Below are positions 54,435-64,000 of a stretch of 64,000 nt of DNA, piece after piece. The notes below the pieces were generated by a model, which was not told the origin of the DNA, did not search any database, and was given only the letters and a program-made list of their open reading frames with translations. Position 1 is the stretch's first letter; each line of letters starts with the position of its first letter. The stretch comes from Octopus vulgaris (taxonomy: Eukaryota). The stretch spans positions 180,296,001 to 180,360,000 of the forward strand of contig OX597816.1 of the NCBI GenBank assembly GCA_951406725.2. Reading direction: 5' to 3'. Made by a program: the position numbers and the translations under genes.

Positions 54435-54486
54435 AGAGTCACTGATGAGGATTAATCAAATTTGAAATCATCAATGGTCTGGCTCT
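54435..54486 (+). ncRNA. Type I hammerhead ribozyme motif with canonical core
   Basis: AGAGUCA-CUGAUGA-GGAUU-aauca-AAUUU-GAAA-UCAUcaAUGG-UC-UGGCUCU; predicted GUC cleavage after 54479. Confidence 0.8.
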
Positions 54487-54667
54487 GTCTTGCTTTTTGT
54501 AGGGAACTTGTCTCCTTTGTCAGTCTTTAGATAAGTGCTTGCCCATGGCTAAAAGTTGTTTTGACACTTACTTCTAGCAATGCTGGTGCTGAGTAGTACC
54601 TTTAATCACAGTAGTGACGACTATACTTGTACCTTGTAAAAAGTCACCTTAATAATTTACATATATA

Positions 54668-55629
54668 TTAGGAGTCCAACCCATGCTAGCATGGAAAGTG
54701 GACGCTAAACGATGATGATGAAGATGATTAGGTCATCCCATAAATAATGCAGTTTTTTTCAATTGCATGGACTAAAAGTCAGAGGGGGACAGGATAAGCT
54801 GCCTGTATCAAAGCAGGTAGTAATTTTGCATTATTCTTAGTGCAACTTTTGAAGAGTGCAGTTTGATTTTAACAGTTGTTTTTTCAAATTGGGTCAATGA
54901 GTTCCTCACAAACTTTCTGAGTTTAATTGCACACACATGTCTCATGAATGAACTGTTTTTGGACTGGTGATGAGAATAGTGACTGGTGATGAGAAATGGG
55001 TTCTCTATAAAAATGTCAAGTGCCGAAGACAGTGGATAGGGAAAGTAGAAACACTGGCACCCCAGGCTAAAGAAGGTCTTCACGCACGTAATGTGTTGTT
55101 ATCTGTTTGGTGGGATATGAAAGGTTTAGTCCCCATTGAACTTTTAAACTGAAACCAAATGATATCAAAGGAGATCTACTGTGAGCAGCTTGGGTGGCTT
55201 AAGTCAGTGCTTGAAGAAAAATGACCATCGTTGGTTTCTAGACAGAGGGTGTTCTTCCATCAGGACAATGCTCAGCCACATACAGCAAGGATGACATTCC
55301 AGAGACTGGAGCAGTTTGAGTGGGAAATGATGCCCCACCCACCATATTCGCTGGACATTGCCCCATCTGATTATCATTTATTCTGCAGTCTTCAAAATCA
55401 TTTGGACAGAGAAAATATGAATTCTGTAGAGGTCAAAACAGTACTGGAGGAGTATTTTCCATCACAAACAAGTGAATTTTGGAAGAGGGGCCTTTCAAGT
55501 CAACCAGGTAGATGGAAGAACATAGTAGAAAATGAAGGAGAGTATATTTCAGATTTTAAAAAAAACATATCTTAGTTTTGAAAAACAAAGAAAGTATAAA
55601 AGAAACGCATTATTTATGGGATGACCCAA
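54668..55629 (+). mobile_element. Internally deleted mariner (DD34D) element
   Basis: TIRs ttaggtcatcccataaataatgc / gcattatttatgggatgacccaa with TA flanks; transposase motifs inside. Confidence 0.95.
54960..55575 (+). pseudogene. Mariner transposase catalytic domain, disrupted
   Basis: RIVTGDEKWV, WWDMKG, HQDNAQPH, HPPYSLDIAPSDYHLF; in-frame stops; N-terminal HTH missing. Confidence 0.93.
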
Positions 55630-55663
55630 TACACACACACACACACACACATATCACAAGCCA

Positions 55664-55843
55664 CAGGCAAGGTTGTGTGATTAAGAAGGTTGCTTCCCCA
55701 CCATTGCAGTCTTGGGTCCAGTTCCACTGCACAGCAACTTGAGCAAGAGTTTCCTACTATAACTCTTGGCCAACTAAACCCTTGGGAGTGGGTTTGATAA
55801 ATGGAAACTGAAAGAAGCCATTATATGTATGTGTGTGTGCATG

Positions 55844-55929
<86 letters not shown>

Positions 55930-56081
55930 TATATATGTATGTATATGTGTGTGTGTATATATATATATGTGTGTGTGTGTGTGTATCTCTATATATGTGT
56001 ATATATATGTATATCTGTATAAGTGTGTGTGTATATATATATATATGTATATTTGTGTATATGTATATATGTAAGTATATG

Positions 56082-56112
<31 letters not shown>

Positions 56113-56230
56113 ATATATATATGTATATATATATACATGTATATATATGTAAATGTTTGTATATATGTATGTGTATATATATATATACACACACACACCC
56201 ACACACACACACACATATGTGTATATCAAT
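55664..56230 (+). mobile_element. SINE family A head followed by an expanded TA/TG microsatellite
   Basis: Head to ggaaactgaaagaagcc then ~400 nt of simple repeat. Confidence 0.8.
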
Positions 56231-56450
56231 CAACTACTGTAGTAGATGAATAATATTCTTAAGGCCACAATTTACTCACATGCATCATCTTTCAGAACTT
56301 GTCAGTAGTGCAGTTCTAACCAAATTGAAAACTGTTAATATTTTTGGCATAAAAAAAATTGAGATTTGATCCAGTAAAAAAAAGTCTACATCAAAATTAG
56401 TAGCAATGTTATAGGAGAGTAAGTAACACCACCAATCAAGTTTAGATCTA

Positions 56451-56750
56451 AATAACTTTTTTTATTTTAAAAGCAAAATATATTTATTTTAGCTTCAATG
56501 ATAGAAGAAAGCATGAAGAATTTCATAGTTTTGATCTCATGCAACAAAAATTTGTATCAAAAAAGTTGTGAGGTAAAATATCATGAAAAAACCTATAAGT
56601 AAGGCAAAAAATTGGATTTAAGTATAATTAACTTTTTTATTTTAAAAACAAGCTATATTTTTATTAAGCTTAAATGATAGAGCTCAATTCAGGGAATTTC
56701 ATGGTATCAATCTCTTGCAATGAAGTTTTAAAAGAAAGAAGTTATGAGCG
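56451..56750. repeat. Diverged ~177-bp tandem duplication (probable DNA-transposon subterminal repeats)
   Basis: taacttttttattttaaaa...agctt.aatgatag...gaatttcat.gt....atctc.tgcaa...aagtt.tgag occurs twice. Confidence 0.65.
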
Positions 56751-56939
56751 TTTGTTTCTCAAATTTGTGGGTGATAGTATAGTTCCATACTTTTTTTATG
56801 ACTATAGTTCTATAAGGGGACTTTTAATATGTCACTGGTGTCATTGAGGTAAGGAAAAAATTATCAATGACACTGCCAACTAACACATTTGACACATTAT
56901 TAATTAGCGTAATAGCATAGCCCTGGAAAAAACATGGAT

Positions 56940-57737
56940 TACATGGAAAAATGCAAGCAAGAGAAATAATATTCTTAAGATTATAAACCTGGAAAAAATT
57001 ACAGAAGAAGTTATTAGAATTGGAAAAATTCAGGACAAATTATTACATCTGGTAAAGTACAGAACAAGAAAATTTTTACTTAAAATATTTGCAGCTAAGG
57101 ATAAAATTTGAATAATAAAAAGTAACATTATAATTAAAATAGGTACTATCATTTTGCTAAAATATTGACACACTAGAATACTTAAAAATGAGAGCCAGAA
57201 GTACCAATATAGCTTAAGTTTTATTGCAAAGTAGAATAGTATATATGGTAGGCAAATTCATTATGTAAAAAATAGGCATTGGGTCAAGACTAAAAATGTG
57301 AAGACTTGGCAATATTTTAGGCAAGAACTCAAGCAAATTTTTCTGTGAATTTGTTGTTATATGTAGATTTTATTGTAATATATAACTAATTTTTGTATTA
57401 TTTTATTTATTGTACTAACTAAATATATATACTACTATTATTTCTTATAACCTATATTCAAATTTCTAATTATTAATTAATAATTTTTTTAAAAATTAAT
57501 TTTTTTAAAGTGCAAACAAATACAAGTAATAACTTGTAATAAAATTTTTAGTTTTAATAAAAGCCAATATTTTCTAAATCTAAATATTTTATTTGAAATT
57601 TTATCCTTAACTGCAATATTTTAAGTAAAAATCTTTCTTGTTCTGTACTTTACAAGATGTAATAAGTTGTCCTGTTTTTTTTTTTCTGGTTTATAATCTT
57701 GAGAATATTATTTCTCTTGCTTACATTTTTCCATGTA
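56940..57737. mobile_element. Foldback/MITE-like element with ~150-175-bp inverted arms
   Basis: 56940-57115 is the reverse complement of 57589-57737 (tacatggaaaaatg.aagcaagagaaataatattct.aagattataaacc...). Confidence 0.8.
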
Positions 57738-57831
57738 TATGTGTGTGTATACATGTGTATATATGTGTGTGTGTGTATACATGTGTATATATGTGTGTGT
57801 GTGTATATATATACATATGTGTATATGCATG

Positions 57832-57862
<31 letters not shown>

Positions 57863-58260
57863 GTGTGTGTATACATACATTCGTATACATTCATATAATT
57901 GAAAAAAATTCATTTTTAGCAGTTGAACTTGAAGTTGATAAAGTTATAAATAATAGCAGGTAAACATTGTGTTAAAAATCCCTAAGTATGTGTTTGTGTC
58001 TCCTTGTCTTGACATTATGTTAGTTGTAAATGAGTGTCACTGTCAAAAAGCAGCATCATGTGAAAACATGTCTGACCACGGGGTAATATTTACGTTGCTT
58101 GGAAACAGGTGGGGGTTGGTGGCAGGAGGGGCATCTAGTTGTAGAAGATCTGCCTCAGTATACTCTGGCTGATACATGCAAGTATGGAAGAGTAGATGGT
58201 AAAACAACTATGATGATGATGATATATACATGTGTATGTGTGTGGATGTATTTGTGTGTG

Positions 58261-58327
<67 letters not shown>

Positions 58328-58859
58328 ATTTAAGCCAGATTGTACTCTGTTATCATTCTTTACCCCAATGAAATCTATCCAGCTATCAATTTGTTTGTCT
58401 GTTTCATTGTGTGGCCACTTTTGTATCTCAGAACTATTACAGAAATCTAAATTGCTTTATCGATATTTACTAATCTATACACACACACACACACACACAC
58501 ATTGAATTTTTTAGTAAATTATTTTGATATTAACTGCAGGGAATAGTTGTATTCAACATATGTACTGAACAATTTGTTATGTGTATAAAAAAGAAATGGA
58601 ATAGCTGCATAAAGATGTATGGTGCAATAGATATACGCTTACACCCACTATGGTTTATAGTGACTCTTCATTTCAGGTATTAGCGACTATAATTATTATT
58701 ATTAGTGACTATAATAGTTAGCATTGGTAGTTGTAATGATATTGTTTTTGTTTAGCTCCAGATGAGCCCTGATTCAGCAGCCCTCTCGTTAAAGACAGTT
58801 GACTCATGACCATCCTTTCTTTGTAGGGTTAATAAGAATAAATAAATAAAAACCTGTGG

Positions 58860-59228
58860 AGCTGGGGCACTACCTTGAGACATTCTTAGTCAAATGAATC
58901 AGCCCCAGCACTTTATTTGTTAAAGCTTGGTACTATTTTATCGGTATATTTTGCCGAACTGCTAAGTTATGGGGACATAAACACAAATGCCAGTTGCCAA
59001 GTAGTGGTGAGAGATAAACACAGACACAAATACACACACACACACACATATATATTTATATGTACAACAGGTTTCTTCCAGTTTCTGTCTACCAAATCCA
59101 CTCTCTAGACTTTGGTCGGCCCTAGGCTATAGTAGAAGACACTTACTCAACATGCCATGCAATAGGACTGAACCTAGAACCATTTAGTTCTGAAGCAAGC
59201 TTCTTTCTACACAGCCAAGCCTGTACCT
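58860..59228 (-). mobile_element. SINE family A copy
   Basis: Reverse complement of head, linker and tail. Confidence 0.85.
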
Positions 59229-60144
59229 ATATGTAGAGAGAAATGTTTTATTGATTTCATTCATTAAAATTGTTAGTCTATGAATTGAATTAAAGAAGGC
59301 ACTCAATGGATGTAACCCTACAGTTTGTTATTTATCTATTCGTATTAATTTTTTAATTGTTACTACTTTGAATAAAGAAACTATTAACTCAGAGTTGCTG
59401 TCTTGGAAGTTTGGGAACCTCAAATTTGCAGCTGTAAAAAGTTAACATTGATATTGGTTCCCAGCCATAACTATAAATATATATATATACACATATATAT
59501 ATATATATATATATATATCTTGATCTTTTTGTTAAGCCAAGCAACAGAGGAGAAGAAAACCAAGTGCCTGTTTTCTAGAGATGGTTAATCAAATATATTT
59601 ATAACAAAAGCTACAATGAGTCTTTTCATCATCAAACATTTGTTTTACATCTGGGAATTGAATAAATCAAGATAGTATTAACATCTGACCATCAAGGACT
59701 GGGCTAGCCATGAATATTTTATGAAAGTTGAACCCAAATGTATGAACAAAAATGAATTAATGGATCTCTGCCTCTGTCTTACTCTCTTTGTTTGTCTGTC
59801 TCACCCCCCTCCCTGTCTAGAAAGAATGAATGATGGAAGGAGGGGATGAAAAGAGTTGTAGTAGATAAAAATAAAACCATTTTTATCTGCCAAAGCAGGT
59901 TTTAATTTACTTCATATATTGAATTTATAATTATATGCTTATGTTTGTCAACCTATTATGCTGAAACCAAATTTAGCCAACATAAATTACCAATATTTTT
60001 CTTTCATTATTAACGTACCCAAATGAAAGCTGTGTACATAATTTCAGAAATACTCTTGCTTCAATTTAAAAGAAAATGCGAAAAGAAACATCACTTCTCC
60101 ATTACTTTTATGATAGATTTATTTTTAAATTTTGTCTTCTCTAG

Positions 60145-60253
60145 GCTACCAAACTTCATAGATTCAAAGTGCATTCATATGGTAGCCCAACTTTCTGTGA
60201 CCATTGCGGCTCGCTACTCTATGGGCTGATTCATCAAGGCTTCAAATGTGATG
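60145..60253 (+). CDS. PRKCA: Internal coding exon of a conventional (Ca2+/DAG-dependent) protein kinase C, C1B domain (PKC alpha/beta/gamma; Aplysia Apl I-like)
   Basis: Polypyrimidine tract plus ctag| acceptor and G|gtaagt donor; phase 0 to phase 1. Translation [36 protein letters not shown] closely matches PKC-alpha [32 protein letters not shown]. Not in the ORF track in this frame. The symbol indicates the family; an invertebrate gene would be co-orthologous to PRKCA/B/G. Confidence 0.95.
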
Positions 60254-61008
60254 GTAAGTCATTGTTTTCCTTCTATATATTTTGTTATTGTTTCTCTTGT
60301 TAAACTAAAACAGTATTTAAAAAAAGTGAAGATTTTAGAGTCATTGCAGCATGCCATTAAAACCACCACAAGATATCGTTAGAAATGAATAGACAGCACA
60401 CCTTTAGGCACTTATTATTCAAAGGACTCTTTCCCTTTTCTCTATTGCTAAACTGTTAAAGATTTAGGATGCAAAAAAGAAAAATGAAATATTTTTTAAA
60501 GCTGTGAACTATCTTCTATCTTATCTCTTTTTTAAGAAAATTTGTAAAATAGTGAATTTACCTAAATTAATTTGTGCCTCAAGTTATGCTATGCTTGATG
60601 ATTCCAAAGGAGTATAAAACTTTACTGTACATGGTTACTAAAGAGAGAAGGAAAAAATTAAGAACTCTATGTAAGAAAAAGAAATTAAAAATTAAAAATC
60701 AACAATGCCGATTCTCTAAATTAAATTTAACCTAGAAGGGATTCTCTTCTCTTTAATAGTGAATCACTACCACATGTGTACAACTATGTCACTCCTAAAT
60801 AGTATTCTGGGTTCTGTTACTGGTACTTGATCTATTGATCTTGGAATAATAGTGAATTGCTAAGTTGTTATCAACAAGAATTTATTTTGTATTTCTATGT
60901 GACTACCAGCTTAACTGTGTTACACTAAAATTAGGCTTTGCTAATACAGATAAAAATTAAGACTGATTTGCTTTAAAGGGTTTGGATAGTTTCAATTTTA
61001 TCTATGAA

Positions 61009-61408
61009 CTAGCAGTAGCGCCTGGCGTTACTTGGGTTTGTTTCAATCCTTTAGAATTGCAATTTTTGAAAAGTAAAAAATTTGCATTATGTAGCTTGTT
61101 ATTCTCTTTAAGTGAACATTTTTCTGGTTGAAATACACCGAAAAATGGTGTATTCAAAGCAGTCAAAAAATCATTAAAAAATAGCAATTTTCATAGAAAA
61201 AATGCACCTTTTTGATGTAAATAATTTTTGGTGTTAACATGGTCCAATTTAAAATTTTTCTTCTATGGAAGGAAGAGCAAGCTTTCTTCTATCATACTTT
61301 CAATTTTGGTCAACTTGTGCTGCAGGGTCTTGGAGGAGATAGTGTTAGTTGAAGGCTACCAAACCTGCCATATACAGACAGCTTCAGCTTTATGTATATA
61401 TAGAGAGA
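61009..61408 (-). mobile_element. Complete non-autonomous Helitron D
   Basis: Minus strand a|TCtctctatatatacataaagctgaag...cccaagtaacgccaggcgctactgCTAG|t. Confidence 0.88.
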
Positions 61409-61513
61409 TAAGGTCGAATGTTACCAGTCATCCAGTCCTAACACTCCATGATACTTGAACTGTATCCTATTCACATATTGCTTGATTGTCCTACTTACTT
61501 CATCTAAGTTACC

Positions 61514-61902
61514 TCTTTACTCTTTTACTTGTTTCAGTCATTTGACTGCGGCCATGCTGGAGCACCGCCTTTTAGTCGAGCAAATCGACCCCGGGACTTA
61601 TTCTTTGTAAGCCCAGTACTTATTCTATCGGTCTCTTTTGCCAAACCACTAAGTGACGGGGACATAAACACACCAGCATCGGTTGTCAAGTAATGCTAGG
61701 GGGACAAACACAGACACTCATATATATATACATATATATGACGGGCTTCTTTCAGTTTCCGTCTACCAAATCCACTCACAAGGCATTGGTCGGCCCGGGG
61801 CTATAGCAGAAGACACTTGCCCAAGATGCCATGCAGTGGGACTGAACCCGGAACCATGTGGTTGGTTAGCAAGCTACTTACCACACAGCCACTCCTGCGC
61901 CT
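61514..61902 (-). mobile_element. Young full-length SINE family A
   Basis: Near-identical reverse complement of 12323-12734; possible tacctc TSD. Confidence 0.9.
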
Positions 61903-63322
61903 ACCTCAATATAATATCTTCAGTTAATTTTTTCTTTTAATCAGAAAAGCTAGGCAGTGCCACTGTCCCCCTCCCCTCTCTGTGGTTGTTGAAACCAGTG
62001 TGGTTGATGTTCAGTTCCTGAACACTACAATTCTTGATAGAAAATATAGGGAACGAAATATTATAGTGTGGAATTTGGTAGGTAGGAGACAGAAGGGATA
62101 ACAAAAGAAGGGAGAAACCATATAAAACTATGACGAAAGTAGCTTACGACTTCCTATTTCAGAGAGTAGAGACTGTTATAGTAATGGCAAAAGAATTATG
62201 GAGGAGAAAAAGCACAGCCATGTGCTTGCTGTGGTTGTAGTGTGTTTGTGAGTCAGTGTTTGAGTGGTTAGAGTATGTTGATGGATGGATTTTACAAATC
62301 AAATGTTTTTACAATTTCTCCTAAATAATGTAGTTTGCATCTTAGTTTTTTTACATTTTATTAAGGTTTCTTATTAGATTGCTAATGTTTTTTCTTAAAA
62401 AAGCCATAACACATCTGTCATCAAGCTTCTCTTCAACACTCAGAGCAGTGAATAAATTGTACGTTAACACGTTCCTTCGACACCTGGATTATTTATCATA
62501 TTTGCTTCTGGCTTCATCAGGTAATAATATGCTACAAATAGAATTCATCAGAGAAAAAGACTCTAGGTTATTCCTAATTTGAGTATAATTATCAAATTTG
62601 TTAACTGTCTGCTAGAGGTTTTCCACAGTATTTGTGATTGTACTAACATTCATATGACTCCAGGTCTAAATGATGAATAGTTCAGTGTCTGCAATAACTT
62701 TTCCAGAAATTTAGCTTTGTGTTCAACACTTCATATTCTATAGTATTCATTAGCTAAAAACCATCTTCGAAATACCTTGTGGTTAACATCCCCTAAACCT
62801 CCTTCTCCTCTTTTCCATTTACCCCATTTTTCACTGAACTAACACTCTTGTAGGAGTTACACATTGCACCACACCCCCACCTTCCTATTGCAGGTTCATC
62901 CAACTTCATTTCTATCTGTTATATTGATGTACTAAGGTCCTTACATTATAGGGTGTGTGTGTGTGTGTGTGTGTGTGATCAGAGATGGTTGAAAGGTTAG
63001 AAGTTTGCTTCACAAACATGGACACCTGCATTCAATTCCGTTGTGCACTCTCTGCATGTATCTTTTATGATAGCCTCAAGCTGGTCAGAGTTATAAGAGA
63101 AATGGTTCGAGGTGAAACTGTGGATTTCCATTGGAAAATATGTAGATGGATTGTAGATAACAAGCTTTGTCATACACACTGTTATACTAAATCTGCCTAA
63201 AAATTGTAAATGATGCATGTGACTTTGAAACACTCGACTCTTTACATGCAATTAGTGAATGGATCTCTTGTTTAAAAATCAGAAACACTCATTGTAGAAA
63301 CCAGCATGAGACCCTTCGGTCT

Positions 63323-63480
63323 TAGGTGTGGCTGTGTGGTAAGAAGTTTGCTTCCCAACCACATGGTTTCAGATTCTGTCCCACTGTATAGCATCTTGGG
63401 CAAGTGTCTTCTACTGTAGCCCTAGGCCAACCAAATCTTTGCGAATGGATTTGATAGATGGAAACCAAAAGAAGAGTGTG
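63323..63480 (+). mobile_element. SINE family A head
   Basis: ggtgtggctgtgtggtaagaagtttgcttcccaaccacatgg. Confidence 0.8.
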
Positions 63481-63936
63481 ATGTGTGTGTGTATGTATAT
63501 ACATATACATGTATGTGTCTGTCTAAGTAAATAGTGTTATTTGTAGTTGATGCTTATATTGTAAAAGTCAAATACATGTGTATAACTCCAACTCAGTTAA
63601 TCTTACTATTAGGAGTGACACTCATGGGTAGGAATGCTCTACAAGGAAATGCTGAGATCATATTACAAATTTTCATCAACATTGTTGCTGTATAAAATTA
63701 TGGCCTAACTCTAACAGATTCATGATGGTCATTGCAACCAAAACTGCCTGAAATCACATTCTACTCTTAAACTTTGAGAAAATGTATTGAATGATGTAGC
63801 TCCAGATACACTTTGTCTGAATAAAAGATGAGAGATTTAGATTGCCATTGAAATGCCTTTAATCATAGATCTGTTTTCCGAGAGCCAACTTGGGGCTAAG
63901 AATAATATTGTCATTGTGTAATATGAATATTGGTAT

Positions 63937-64000
63937 AGGCACAGGCATGGCTGTGCGGTAAGAAGCTTGTTTCCCAACCACATAGTTCTGGGTTCAGTCC
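63937..64000 (+). mobile_element. SINE family A head (runs off the window)
   Basis: aggcacaggcatggctgtgcggtaagaagc...gggttcagtcc. Confidence 0.8.

Noticed and set aside
54668-55629. Active or domesticated (SETMAR-like) transposase gene
   Set aside because: In-frame stops, deleted DNA-binding domain and intact TIR context indicate a dead element
60023-60229. Track ORF of 68 aa overlapping the PKC exon
   Set aside because: Wrong frame; the real frame is the spliced exon 60145-60253
62340-62940. LINE endonuclease remnant (minus-strand EGGGV)
   Set aside because: A single short motif is not enough to annotate

Overview
AT-rich, repeat-dense eukaryotic DNA, most likely from an octopus (coleoid cephalopod). 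This assignment is inferred from the tRNA-derived SINE families, RTE-type LINE tails ending in (GAT)n, and very abundant (TA)n/(CA)n tracts. Only one host coding exon is convincing: a 109-nt + strand exon (60145-60253) encoding most of the C1B zinc finger of a conventional protein kinase C, so most of the window is probably intron. The rest is SINEs, RTE/CR1/I-type LINE remnants, a decayed mariner, MITEs/foldbacks, non-autonomous Helitrons and a Helentron-like element. Main findings: (1) a head-to-tail concatemer of a ~2.35-kb composite Helitron with exact CTAG|TC junctions, inside the TA linker of one SINE; (2) each unit carries a Penelope-like inverted repeat holding a minimal hammerhead ribozyme with a G3-C8 swapped core; (3) several other unrelated hammerhead motifs, including a near-intact sense-strand one at 54435-54486; (4) a 107-nt templated patch that may record an earlier state of the Helitron locus. 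Nearly all ORFs in the supplied track are microsatellite or repeat artefacts. All alignments and folds were done by eye, so repeat boundaries are approximate.
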